60,888 nucleotides of DNA, filler included, from Coriobacteriales bacterium (GCA_031263105.1; 5 parts of 5 records of this genome joined end to end with filler, not necessarily neighbours in it), one strand, 5' to 3'; shown: positions 18,199-27,828, counted from the first letter of the whole stretch. The notes: a model not told the origin generated them from the letters alone. Numbers and translations: made by a program.

Positions 18199-19402
18199 AG
18201 GTTTCCCTCTCGTCCTCGACCGCCTGGGCGGTGTCCTCCTCCTCCTCGGAGCCTTGCGCGCCACGCCCCTTGAACAGGGCGCCGGCCTCGCCGACGAGCC
18301 TGCGGCCCGTGCGCCTCTCGAAATAGTAGACGAAGAACGCCTTGAGCGACGAGAGCAGGGGGATGGCGACGATAAGCCCGAGGATGCCCCCCAGCGCACC
18401 GCCCGCAAAGACGCCCACCAGCACGACGGCAGGATGGAGCTCCACCACCGACGACATCACCCGTGGCGTGATGAAGTTGTCGGTGAACTGCTGTGCGAGC
18501 ACCGTGATCACGATTGCCAGCAGGGCGGTGAGCGGGCTGACGAACAGGCCGATGAGCGTGGCCGTCGCCCCTGCGATCCAGGGGCCGACATAGGGGATGA
18601 AGTTCATGAGCCCCGTGAAAAGCCCCAGGACCGCAGGGTACGGAAGCCCTATAAGGTAGTAACCGATGCCCGCGATGGTACCGGTGCACAGGCCAGCGAC
18701 CGTGACGCCGCGCAGGTAGCCGCCGAAGGCGCGGGAGAGCACCGCCGAGGCGAACCGCACGGTCTCCTCATGGCGCGGCCCCGCCAGGACGCGCATCTCG
18801 CGACCCAAGGCAGGGAGGTCCTTGAGGATCCAGTAGCCGGCGATCAGCGCGATGGTGAACACCACCACGCTCGTGACCATGCCCATCCCCAGGGTTATCA
18901 CGCCCTGGCCTGCCTGCGACGCGACGTTGCCCGCCCATCGGGAGAGGTCGGTCGCCACATTGCCCAGCAGCTGCTGGATGTTGATGTCCTCCAACAGGTA
19001 GCTGTACTGTTGGTAGAACCCGTCGAGCGCGGCGGTCGCGGAGGTGATGTAGCCCGGTATGAGCTGGATAAGGTCTATCGCCTGGTTCCAGATGATGGGG
19101 ATGAAGATGAGCATGACCAGCGCGACGACGAGCAGGCCGCCCAGATAGGCCACAAGGGAGCCGAGCCAACGTGCGACCCCTTTGCGCTCCAGCCAGGCGA
19201 CGGGCACGCGCAGGACGAACACGATGAACGCGGCGAGCCCCACGATGACGAGCGCGGTTGACACCTGCAGAAGGGCATAGCCCACCGCAACCGCCAGCAG
19301 CACGATGCCGATGGTCGCCCATATGAGGAAGGCGAGGTGCCGCACGCGCTCCGAGCGCTCCTGCGTGTCAGTTGTCGGGTCCTGCGGTCGATCCTGTGGC
19401 AT
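18188..19402 (-). CDS. AI-2E family transporter
   Basis: Multi-TM protein with FIPYVGP, QQFTDNFITP and ELHP motifs. Confidence 0.85.
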   Translation of the reverse strand: MPQDRPQDPTTDTQERSERVRHLAFLIWATIGIVLLAVAVGYALLQVSTALVIVGLAAFIVFVLRVPVAWLERKGVARWLGSLVAYLGGLLVVALVMLIFIPIIWNQAIDLIQLIPGYITSATAALDGFYQQYSYLLEDINIQQLLGNVATDLSRWAGNVASQAGQGVITLGMGMVTSVVVFTIALIAGYWILKDLPALGREMRVLAGPRHEETVRFASAVLSRAFGGYLRGVTVAGLCTGTIAGIGYYLIGLPYPAVLGLFTGLMNFIPYVGPWIAGATATLIGLFVSPLTALLAIVITVLAQQFTDNFITPRVMSSVVELHPAVVLVGVFAGGALGGILGLIVAIPLLSSLKAFFVYYFERRTGRRLVGEAGALFKGRGAQGSEEEEDTAQAVEDERETCEE

Positions 19403-20108
19403 GGGGCTCCGTTGTCCATTTGAAGGGGTCGTCGAAAGGCGGGGAGGCACCGGGAGGGGCAGTGCCTACATCGGGAGCGGTGGAAGCAGGGGCAGCGGTG
19501 GAGACCACCCCGGCGCTTCGCGCCGTCCGGGGGCCTGTCGGCCCGTTCTCGCTGGAAACGCTATGCGTTTCCCGGGCGCTCGAACCCCCTCCGAAGGAGG
19601 GGAATGTCGATGCCGCAGCCGTAGGGCCGGTGCCAGGGTTGTCGGGGGATGCAGGGTCGTCTGCATCCGCCTGCTCGTGGACGTGCTCCGCGCGCTTCTC
19701 CGCGCGCTTGTCGACGAACACGCTGCGCAGCTTGTCCGTCGCGCTCGTCAGCAGGTTGAGCGGGGCATCGGTGATGTCCGAGACCTTCTTTGCCGCCCCG
19801 CTGGCAACGCCGGTGACGTCCGAGACGTCGGACAGTATCTGGTCGGCGCGCATGATCTCGAGGTTGACGGCATCGACCGTCAGCGACACCCGCTCCAAGA
19901 GAGGGTCGACGCGCTTCAGGGACGGGTCGAGCGAATCCATGGCCGCATTGGCCCTGGCGACGGTGCCGTTGAGCGTCGGCACGAGGACATCGACGGACTC
20001 CCGCAGCTTCCGCACGGTCCTGATGACCTCGATCGCAACGGCTATCAAGGCGACGAGGAGCACGATGGCAACCGCTATGAGGATCATGGTCAGGAACTCT
20101 CCGCTCAT
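19368..20108 (-). CDS. DUF948/YoxC-like membrane-anchored coiled-coil protein whose tail contains the coding-hairpin element
   Basis: N-terminal TM helix followed by heptad-like region; start at MSGEFLT. Confidence 0.65.
   Translation of the reverse strand: MSGEFLTMILIAVAIVLLVALIAVAIEVIRTVRKLRESVDVLVPTLNGTVARANAAMDSLDPSLKRVDPLLERVSLTVDAVNLEIMRADQILSDVSDVTGVASGAAKKVSDITDAPLNLLTSATDKLRSVFVDKRAEKRAEHVHEQADADDPASPDNPGTGPTAAASTFPSFGGGSSARETHSVSSENGPTGPRTARSAGVVSTAAPASTAPDVGTAPPGASPPFDDPFKWTTEPHATGSTAGPDN
19504..19615 (-). repeat. 112-bp coding palindromic element, copy 1
   Basis: Colinear with 50193-50304 and 59750-59861; encodes ASTFPSFGGGSSARETHSVSSENGPTGPRTARSAGV. Confidence 0.92.
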
Positions 20109-20212
20109 GGTCAACGCCTCTCTCGCACGTCGTCTCGCCCACCTCTGCCCTTGGAAGCGCCGCTTGGGTGCCGACACTTCCTTTACGATACTATCATAGC
20201 AGAATACCCGCC

Positions 20213-20345
20213 CTGCCCGCAGCTACGGCCGCAATGCGGTCTGCCCGCGGTCTGCCAGCTGTTGCCGCTCACGCCCGCAACGCGGTCTGCCAGCTGTTGC
20301 CGCTCGCGCCCGCAATGCGGTCTGCCAGCTGTTGCCGTTCACGCC
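20213..20345. repeat. Imperfect ~35-bp tandem repeat (GCAAYGCGGTCTGCCAGCTGTTGCCG...)
   Basis: About three units visible in intergenic DNA. Confidence 0.7.
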
Positions 20346-20359
20346 TTCCACGGATACCC

Positions 20360-20678
20360 CACTGTCATTCCGAGCCTGCCGAGGAATCTTCGACCGCGCA
20401 GCGGTCGACCGCAGGCCGAAGGGCCTCCCAACCTACCGTTTCACTGTCATTCCGAGCCTGCCGAGGAATCTTCGACCGCGCAGCGGTCGACCGCAGGCCG
20501 AAGGGCCTTTCGGCCTACCGTTTCACTGTCATTCCGAGCCTGCCGAGGAATCTTCGACCGCGCAGCGGTCGACCGCAGGCCGAAGGGCCTTTCGGCCTAC
20601 CGTTGGTCGCTTTGCGATCAAAGATTCCTCGGCTTCGCTTCGCTACGCTCGGAATGACAGTGAGGTGTGAAAGGTAAC
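20360..20678. mobile_element. MITE/REP-like element with left part tandemly triplicated (~81-bp period)
   Basis: CACTGTCATTCCGAGCCTGCCGAGGAATCTTCGACCGCGCAGCGGTCGACC occurs three times; right end GGAATGACAGTGAGGTGTGAAAGGTAAC. Confidence 0.85.
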
Positions 20679-20797
20679 TGCCAGTTCGTCACCGCACCTG
20701 TCCCATTTGGGCGTACAATGTAGCTTAGGGATACGGACACAGGACCGAGGGAGGCGATGGGCGTCCATCGCCTCCCCACGAAAGACAGAGCCCTACG

Positions 20798-22339
20798 ATG
20801 AACAGGCAAAGAATCCTCCAGAGGCACTCTGAGCGCCGTGCGATGTTCGCGCAGCTTCTCTCCAGTGTCCGGCAAAGGCCCCTGCTCTGCCTGGGGCTCA
20901 TGTTCTATTGGATATGGATAAACATCTCCTTTCAGAGCCCGCTGCTGTATCCTCTCGTTCGGCTCTCGCCCGACCTCGTGGCGCCCAGCATCGTCGGTCC
21001 CATAGCCGCCAGCATACTCGCCTATTTCGTTTTGGGGATGTGGTTCAGACACAGCAGCAAGGTGTTCCGGCAGCGATGGTACCTGTTCTTGCTCGTAGGG
21101 CTCATGGTGCTCGGCATCGGCGCCCATGCGCTCTGGCTCGAGCTGACCTGGCCCACCTCGCTTCTTGACGCCCACCTCCTTGCCGAGCAGTCGGGGGCCG
21201 TCACGGCGGGCAGCATCGCGCTCTACGCCATAAGCTCGCTCTGCGCCGGCACGGCCACCGCCTGCCTCTGCATAGAATGGGGGCGCATCTTCGGGGAGCA
21301 CGGGCCACGTCAGGTGCTGTTCCATGGAATCGTCTCCTTCCTTGGGGCCGCCCTCATAACGGCGCTCATCTCGCAGCTCCCTCCCGCCGCCTATCTTCTG
21401 ACCTCGCTTGTCATCCTCGCGCCGATGGCATTGTGCATCGACCGTTCGCAGCGCGAGTTCCCTCGCAACCCCTTCTTCGACCACGGCCTCGACGCCGCGC
21501 TCAACGTCCCTGGCAAGTTCCTTGTCACGGCGCTGCTCCACGGCCTCTCGTTCGGCATCCTCATCGGCCTGTTCTCGGTCCACGGGCATGAGGACAACAC
21601 CGCGCTGCTCGTCAGCTACGCCGCAGCCGCCGTCTTCCTTCTCATCACCGCCGTCGCCGTGATGATGGACTTCAACCACCTGATCTACCAGATGGGTTTC
21701 TCCCTCGTCGCGCTCGGGTCGCTGCTCATCGCCTTCCTTTATCCTGCCTTCCAACTGGGCAGCTCGATCCAGCTCATAGGATTTTGCTACCTCCATCTGC
21801 TCATGTGGGGCCTCTGCTCCTACCTCATCAAGAACTTCAAGCTGCCGGCGACCTGGGTCGTCGCGTGGCCGACCTGTAGCTTCATGCTCGGCAAGCTCGT
21901 GGGGATAGTGGCGAGCAGCCTGGTGGCGCGGCTCCCCTCGGCCTCGCTGGGGTTCACGCGCCTGTTCCTTGTCCTCACCTTTGTCATGCTCATCGCCGCG
22001 CTCTTCCTCATGAGCTACCGCAACTACCGGACCGCCTGGGGCCTTGCCCGCCCAGGCTCCAGCGACGTGGACGAGGACAAGGTCGCCACGGTCGTCCAGC
22101 TCCTCTCCACCACCAACGGGCTCTCGCAGCGCGAGGCCCAGACCTTCACGCTCCTTGTACGCGGCAAGAACCGCCGGTCGATAGCGCAGGAGCTCTTCGT
22201 CTCCGAGGAGACCGTCAAGAGCCACACGCACAGCATCTACCGCAAGCTCATCGTCCACTCCCAGCAGGAGCTCATCGAGCTGTGCGAGCAGCACGTGCAC
22301 CGCCTCAGCGGCTCCGAGCCCCCCGCATTGGGCACCTGA
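20798..22339 (+). CDS. Multi-transmembrane LuxR-family one-component regulator (Eggerthella-type)
   Basis: About 12 hydrophobic segments followed by LSQREAQ...IAQELFVSEETVKSHTHSIYRKL; exact start uncertain. Confidence 0.9.
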   Translation: MNRQRILQRHSERRAMFAQLLSSVRQRPLLCLGLMFYWIWINISFQSPLLYPLVRLSPDLVAPSIVGPIAASILAYFVLGMWFRHSSKVFRQRWYLFLLVGLMVLGIGAHALWLELTWPTSLLDAHLLAEQSGAVTAGSIALYAISSLCAGTATACLCIEWGRIFGEHGPRQVLFHGIVSFLGAALITALISQLPPAAYLLTSLVILAPMALCIDRSQREFPRNPFFDHGLDAALNVPGKFLVTALLHGLSFGILIGLFSVHGHEDNTALLVSYAAAAVFLLITAVAVMMDFNHLIYQMGFSLVALGSLLIAFLYPAFQLGSSIQLIGFCYLHLLMWGLCSYLIKNFKLPATWVVAWPTCSFMLGKLVGIVASSLVARLPSASLGFTRLFLVLTFVMLIAALFLMSYRNYRTAWGLARPGSSDVDEDKVATVVQLLSTTNGLSQREAQTFTLLVRGKNRRSIAQELFVSEETVKSHTHSIYRKLIVHSQQELIELCEQHVHRLSGSEPPALGT

Positions 22340-22382
22340 GTACCAAGCACCCCCACTGTCGGCGCCCGAGCGCCATGCACGC

Positions 22383-22558
22383 CCACTGTCATTCCGAGCC
22401 TGTCGAGGAATCTTCGGCTGCGAAGCAGCCGACCGCTGGCAGGGGCGTCTCCCGATCGAGGTTGGCCGCTCTGCGGCCAAAGATTCCTCGACAGGCTCGG
22501 AATGACAGTGGGGGTACGAGATGACAGTGGGGGTACGAGATGACAGTGGGGGTACGAG
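22383..22558. mobile_element. MITE/REP-like element followed by three tandem 19-bp copies of its right end
   Basis: CCCACTGTCATTCCGAGCCTGTCGAGGAATCT ... AGATTCCTCGACAGGCTCGGAATGACAGTGGG; (ATGACAGTGGGGGTACGAG)x3. Confidence 0.85.
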
Positions 22559-22697
22559 CAGTAGCCCCTCACCCCTTGGGGTGAAACGCCTCGGTGCGCC
22601 CCATTCCCCCGACCTAGGGCGCCTAAGCCCTCGGGCCGCAGGCTATAATGGGGCGTCCCATACACAAGGAAGAACACGGAAAGACAAGGAGCGAAGC

Positions 22698-24356
22698 ATG
22701 TACGAAGAGAAAAACGAGGTTGAACAGCGCACGACCGACGGCACGCAGGGCGTCTCACGCCGCGCATTCCTGGCAGGAGGCGCCGCTGCAGGTGCGCTTG
22801 CCGTGGCGGGCTCCCTGCTCGGCTGCGCGCCTGCGGCGCCGAAGGCGGACGACGCGCCTGCGGGCACAGGCACCGGCGGGGGCAGCGCCCCTGCGGCAGA
22901 CGCCGCGACAGGCCCTGCGGTGCCCGCGAACATCGACAAGGAGTACACGACCGACCTCCTCATCATAGGGGTCGGCGGCTCGGGCATGACCTGCTGCGTG
23001 CAGGCCGCCCTCAACGGCACCGACTTCATCGCCATCGAGAAGGCGAGCGTCATCGGCGGCAACGCCAACTTCGTCGAGGGGATGTTCGCCATCGGCTCGA
23101 AGTTCCAGAAGGAGCTGGGCATCGACGTGACGCCCGCCCAGATCATCGAGGCCGAGATGTCGCGCGGCCAGTACCGCCAGAACGGCTCGATGTGGATGGA
23201 CCTGTGCGTCAAGAGCGCCGAGAACATCGACTGGTGCCTCGAGCAGGGCGTCCTGTACAGCGGGACCATCGACAACTACTACGGCGGCCTGTACCCCACC
23301 TTCCACTGGTTCAAGGACAACAAGTCGAAGGTCGGCTTCGTCGAGCCGATGACGAAGCGGCTGGAGGAGCTGGGCGCGACCATCCACCTCGAGACCGCGG
23401 CGACCTCGCTCGTGCTCGCGGGCGGCGCGGTCGCCGGCGCCTACGCCGAGGGGCCCGAGGGCGTCGTCAAGTACAACGCGAAGGCGGTCGTGCTCGCGGG
23501 AGGCGGCTTCGGAGGCAACCCCGAGGTCATCGCCAAGCAGGGCTGGGACACCGAGGGCATCTTCGTCGTCGGCTCGCCCAACGCGGCCGGGGACGGCTAC
23601 CGCATGGCCACCGAGGCGGGCGCCATGGACATGCTCACCGACGCGGCGCAGAGCATCCTGTACGGCATCCAGGCCTTCCCGAACATCGACTTCGCCAACG
23701 ACGCGCAGAACCCCATCAACGGCTACTTCGGCATCGCGGCCGGCGGCCCGATGCTCTGGGTCAACGAGTACGGCGACCGCTTCGCGCGCGAGAACCTCAC
23801 GACGGACAACCTCGTGCTCCAGTGCATCCCCGGGAAGGTCAACAAGGCCAACTACTGCATATTCGACCAGGGGTACTGCGACGCGACCTTCGGGGCCGAC
23901 GAGGCCGCGAAGAAGATGTTCGAGGACTCCCTCGCGTCGAACAGCGGCAAGACCCTGTTCAAGGCGGAGAGCGTCGAGGAGCTCGCCGGCTTCTTCGGCC
24001 ACGACCCCGCAGCCCTCAAGGAGACCGTTGAGCGCTACAACGAGCTCGCCGCCAAGGGCGTCGACGAGGACTTCGGGAAGCCCGCCGAGCTGATGGTCCC
24101 CCTCGCCGGCCCCTTCTACATCGCCAAGCTGACCTACAGCTTCTTCTTCAGCGTGGGAGGCTTCCTGGTCAACCGCAAGCGCCAGGTGCTCGACACCGCC
24201 AAGGAGCCCATCGAGGGCCTGTACGCCATCGGCAACGACGGCAACAACAACTACCGCAACGTCTACACCATCAACATGCCCGGCACCGCCTTCGGCAACC
24301 AGGTCAACTCCGGTCGCGAGGCCGCGAACTACATCCAGGAGTACCTGGCGGGCTAG
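22698..24356 (+). CDS. Tat-exported FAD-dependent oxidoreductase lipoprotein (flavocytochrome c/fumarate reductase flavoprotein-like)
   Basis: SRRAFL Tat motif, LLGC lipobox, IIGVGGSG FAD fold, GGFGGN, GDGYRM and IEGLYAIGND; AAGGAG RBS. Confidence 0.9.
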   Translation: MYEEKNEVEQRTTDGTQGVSRRAFLAGGAAAGALAVAGSLLGCAPAAPKADDAPAGTGTGGGSAPAADAATGPAVPANIDKEYTTDLLIIGVGGSGMTCCVQAALNGTDFIAIEKASVIGGNANFVEGMFAIGSKFQKELGIDVTPAQIIEAEMSRGQYRQNGSMWMDLCVKSAENIDWCLEQGVLYSGTIDNYYGGLYPTFHWFKDNKSKVGFVEPMTKRLEELGATIHLETAATSLVLAGGAVAGAYAEGPEGVVKYNAKAVVLAGGGFGGNPEVIAKQGWDTEGIFVVGSPNAAGDGYRMATEAGAMDMLTDAAQSILYGIQAFPNIDFANDAQNPINGYFGIAAGGPMLWVNEYGDRFARENLTTDNLVLQCIPGKVNKANYCIFDQGYCDATFGADEAAKKMFEDSLASNSGKTLFKAESVEELAGFFGHDPAALKETVERYNELAAKGVDEDFGKPAELMVPLAGPFYIAKLTYSFFFSVGGFLVNRKRQVLDTAKEPIEGLYAIGNDGNNNYRNVYTINMPGTAFGNQVNSGREAANYIQEYLAG

Positions 24357-24403
24357 GCTGCGCAGCAGAACGAGGCAGCACGGCACAGGGCATACCTCTC
24401 TAA

Positions 24404-24443
24404 AAGGGTGAGGGAGCGAAAGGGGTTTCGCTCCCTCACCCTT
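24404..24443. terminator. 18-bp-stem hairpin between convergent genes
   Basis: AAGGGTGAGGGAGCGAAA-GGGG-TTTCGCTCCCTCACCCTT. Confidence 0.75.
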
Positions 24444-24446
24444 CCA

Positions 24447-25220
24447 TCATTTGAGTTTTTCCAGGTTGGCTAGCTTCCACAGCGCCTCTGGGTTTCGCTC
24501 GGCGGCTACGGCCACCTCATCGTGACCGGCGAACAGCAAAGCAGGCTGGTAATCGGCCATTGCAAAACGCTCCAAGTACTCCTGTTCCGCCTCGGTGCGG
24601 GGCAATACGTACTCGCTAACGAAAGACTCGCCGGTCTCAATGAGCGACTCCAGAGTCGGACGCTCGCTCTCTCTGAGCATGGGATACAGCTGCGCTTTCA
24701 GCTCGTTTTCGCGTCCCGCAAACCTATCCGCCACTCTCTTGTCAAGCGGAAGCGGAAAGTGCCTGGAGATCGAGGCGCAGTACAGCATCACTTTGTGGCA
24801 GAGCTCGCCCAGCTCGGGCTGCTCGGCGACAAGCGAGTCAAGATGGTGCTTCAGGTTGGATATATCGTAGATATCGCGGGCAGCGACCCTGTCATAAAGC
24901 GCCTTTACCTTTCCGCCGACGAGCTCAAAGTCGGAAAACGCGAGAACCGAAAGCATGGGGCGCAGCCGGCATGCTCTCATCAGCGGCGCAAGCAGAGGGG
25001 ATCTGTTGAGGTATATCAGGTCGATCTTGATCTGGTCTGGGCCCCAGTCGCCCGAGTACCTCAGATGGAAGGTCCTCCCCGCATGGTCGCCGGCATTCCC
25101 GCTCGAGGTATACCCGGCAAAAGCAGCCGCTTCTTCTACCGCGCGCTCGATTGCTGGGCGCTCAACAAGCATCTGTTCTTTTTTCACTGTTCCGATGTAG
25201 GACATGTCGGCATCAATCGA
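24447..25220 (-). pseudogene. 5'-truncated AbiEii-family nucleotidyltransferase (type IV TA toxin-like)
   Basis: Frame begins S-I-D-A-D-M-S-Y right after an in-frame TAA (25223-25221); IKIDL, GKVKALYDR and RDIYD motifs present; N-terminal GGT motif absent. Confidence 0.65.
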
Positions 25221-25336
25221 TTATTCCGACTTTTCACTTATTCCGCTTCTTTGAATAACCGCTGTTGTTCACTGTTGTTTCTTCCAAACATCGGAATAAG
25301 ATAAGACCTCCCATCAAGCGCGAACTGAACAGGAGG

Positions 25337-25436
25337 NNNNNNNNNNNNNNNNNNNNNNNNNNNNNNNNNNNNNNNNNNNNTTAATTAATTAANNNNNNNN
25401 NNNNNNNNNNNNNNNNNNNNNNNNNNNNNNNNNNNN
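25337..25436. other. Artificial contig linker
   Basis: N44-TTAATTAATTAA-N44. Confidence 0.98.
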
Positions 25437-25518
25437 TGGGAGCGCTCATAGCCCTTCTGAGGTAACAGAGGCCACAGGCCGCACCCTCCACAGACACCCC
25501 GCTGCCGCCCCGAGCCCC

Positions 25519-25652
25519 CGCTGTCATCCCGAGCCTGCCGAGGGATCCTCGACCGCGCCAGCGGTCGACCGCAGGTTGAAGGATTCCTCGGCTGCGGCGC
25601 TGCCGGAGGCAGCGCCTCCGCTCGGAATGACAGTGGGAGTGTGACCTGTAAC
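25519..25652. mobile_element. MITE/REP-like element
   Basis: CTGTCATCCCGAGCCTGCCGAGGGATCC ... GCTCGGAATGACAGTGGGAGTGTGACCTGTAAC. Confidence 0.8.
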
Positions 25653-25714
25653 TGACAGGGGCCCGTGTGTCGGGGACGTGCACGGCGCACGTCGGCCGCG
25701 TTCTCGCGCCCCGC

Positions 25715-26911
25715 TCAACGGGCGAACATGACTCGCTCGCTGCCGAACATCCGGGTGAGCGCAAGGACGCACAGGGCGCTGACCACGACGTTGACCGCGA
25801 TGCTCGCGCACACCAGAAGGGGAGCGGCGCTGAACGAGAAGATGCCCGCCATGCTCTGCACGCTGTTATAGACGGGGAGAAGGTAGGGCCACAGCTCCGT
25901 CGGTGCGCCTTGGGAGAACATGCCGAGCACCCCGACGAGCATGACGAGGATGTACAGCGGCATGACCAGGGTGCCTGCCTCCTTCACCGACCGTGCGAAG
26001 GCGCTTATCACGGCGATGAGCCCCACGAACACCAGGACGGTCGAGAGCGTCACGGCAAGCAGCAGCGCGTAGTCGCCCACGCTGTAGACCGCTGCGCTGA
26101 TGCCCCCGCCCCCGCCCATTATCTGCGGCAGCGTCAACATGACGCCGATGAAGCTCGACAGGCCCGAGAGCAGGGCGATGAACCCGAGGCTGACCACCTT
26201 CCCGAGCGCCAGCTCCCAGCGCGCCAGCGGCGTGACGAGCATCGTCGCTATGGTGCCGCGCTCCTTCTCCCCGGCGATGGACTCGGTGGCGACCCCCATG
26301 CAGCCGGAGAACAGGAAGATGATGATGAGGAACGGGAGCATCGAGGCGAAGGTGAACCCCGCCCTGTCCTTCTCGGTCACGAGGTCGTAGGTGCCCTCGT
26401 CGGCGTTGACGGAGAACAGCGGCATCAGGGTGTTCTTGTAGCCGTCGAGCAGTGCGCTCATCGTCGCGTACTGGGCGTTCGACTCGGTCCGTGTCGAGTT
26501 GTAGTAGAGCTCGACCTGCGGCGCCGTCCCGAGTCCACCGCCCCCGCTTGTCGAGCGCTCGACCATCGCATCGAAGTCCTCGGGGAAGATGGCGAGAAGA
26601 TCGACCTCCTTCTCGGCGATCAGCCCCTTGGTGGCGTCCGCCTCGTCGGCGGAAAGCGGCATGAGGGAAAGCCCGCTCCCTTGTGTCAGCGCCTCGATGG
26701 AGGGAGGCAGGTTCACGGCATAGGCGACGGGCTCGTAGTCCTCGTCCACCGTGAACATCGAGGTCAACGCGTTTCCCATAAAGGAGTAGATCGCAAAGAT
26801 CATAAGGCCGGGAAGCAGAAGGGTGGTCAGGACCATGCGCCGGTCGGTGAAGAAGCGCTTGAACTCTTTTTTGACGATGGCCGCGAGGCCCGAGGCGGAC
26901 GTGCCCATCAT
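25715..26911 (-). CDS. ABC-2 type permease (NatB-like)
   Basis: KKEFKRFFTDRR, ESIAGEKERGT, LGK and ARSVKEA motifs; multi-TM. Confidence 0.85.
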   Translation of the reverse strand: MMGTSASGLAAIVKKEFKRFFTDRRMVLTTLLLPGLMIFAIYSFMGNALTSMFTVDEDYEPVAYAVNLPPSIEALTQGSGLSLMPLSADEADATKGLIAEKEVDLLAIFPEDFDAMVERSTSGGGGLGTAPQVELYYNSTRTESNAQYATMSALLDGYKNTLMPLFSVNADEGTYDLVTEKDRAGFTFASMLPFLIIIFLFSGCMGVATESIAGEKERGTIATMLVTPLARWELALGKVVSLGFIALLSGLSSFIGVMLTLPQIMGGGGGISAAVYSVGDYALLLAVTLSTVLVFVGLIAVISAFARSVKEAGTLVMPLYILVMLVGVLGMFSQGAPTELWPYLLPVYNSVQSMAGIFSFSAAPLLVCASIAVNVVVSALCVLALTRMFGSERVMFAR

Positions 26912-27684
26912 GCCACCTCCCCGTGGACGGCGACGTACAGGTCGAAGAACGTCTGCTCGAGGTCGCGCCCTTCGCAGACCTCGGGCAGCGTGCCCGCCGC
27001 CGCCATGCGGCCGTCGATGATGACGCCCACGCGGTCGCAGAGCCTCTCGGCAAGGCTGAAGATGTGGGTGCTCAAGATGATGCTCTTGCCCTCGGCGCGC
27101 AGCTCGAGCAGGTAGTCCGTCACGACCTTCGCGGTTAGCACGTCGAGCCCGTTCGTCGGCTCGTCGAAGACGATGAGGGGCGGGTCGTGGACGATGGAGA
27201 CCACGAGCGAGACCTTCTGCTTCATGCCGGTCGACAGGTCGGAGACCTTGACCTGCGCGAACTCGTCGATGCCGAAGCGCGCGAACAGGGCCTGCTTGCG
27301 CGTGGCGGCGACGGCCGCAGGCACCTTGTGCAGGGTCGAGAAGAAGTCGAACAGGTAGTCCGGCGTGAAGAAGTCCTCGAGCTTCAGTTCGCTCGTGAGG
27401 AAGCCGATGGCCGTGCGTACCTGTCCGGGCTCGTTGACGACGCTGTGGCCCCTGACGAACGCGTCGCCGGAATCGGGCCTGATGAGCGTGGCGAGCATGC
27501 GCAGCGTCGTGGTCTTGCCTGCGCCGTTGGGTCCGAGCAGCCCGAATATCTCGCCTTCGAAAGCGGAAAGCGAAAGGCGGTCGACCGCGACGCGCAGCCG
27601 CTCCTGGGAGCGCTCGAGCCTTTGCTGGCGGGCACTGAGCCGGAAGGTCTTACAGAGCCCCTCGGCCTTGACGATCTCGTTCAT
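26908..27684 (-). CDS. ABC transporter ATP-binding protein (NatA-like)
   Basis: GPNGAGKTT, LSTGMKQK, FDEPTNGLD and STH motifs; start at MNEIVK. Confidence 0.88.
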   Translation of the reverse strand: MNEIVKAEGLCKTFRLSARQQRLERSQERLRVAVDRLSLSAFEGEIFGLLGPNGAGKTTTLRMLATLIRPDSGDAFVRGHSVVNEPGQVRTAIGFLTSELKLEDFFTPDYLFDFFSTLHKVPAAVAATRKQALFARFGIDEFAQVKVSDLSTGMKQKVSLVVSIVHDPPLIVFDEPTNGLDVLTAKVVTDYLLELRAEGKSIILSTHIFSLAERLCDRVGVIIDGRMAAAGTLPEVCEGRDLEQTFFDLYVAVHGEVA

Positions 27685-27828
27685 GCGGTTCCTTTCCCTG
27701 TAGTGCGCACACCCGTCTCCTCCCGTTTCTGTGTATAAAGGAGTCATGCCGACAAGGATCTGTCGCGCCTCACGATACCACATCCCATTTTTGCCCCCCC
27801 CCCCCCCCCCCCCGTCAACTATAGGTGA

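Noticed and set aside
20360..20600. CRISPR array
   Set aside because: The ~81-bp units are near-identical throughout with no unique spacers, they match the MITE left end, and there are no cas genes.
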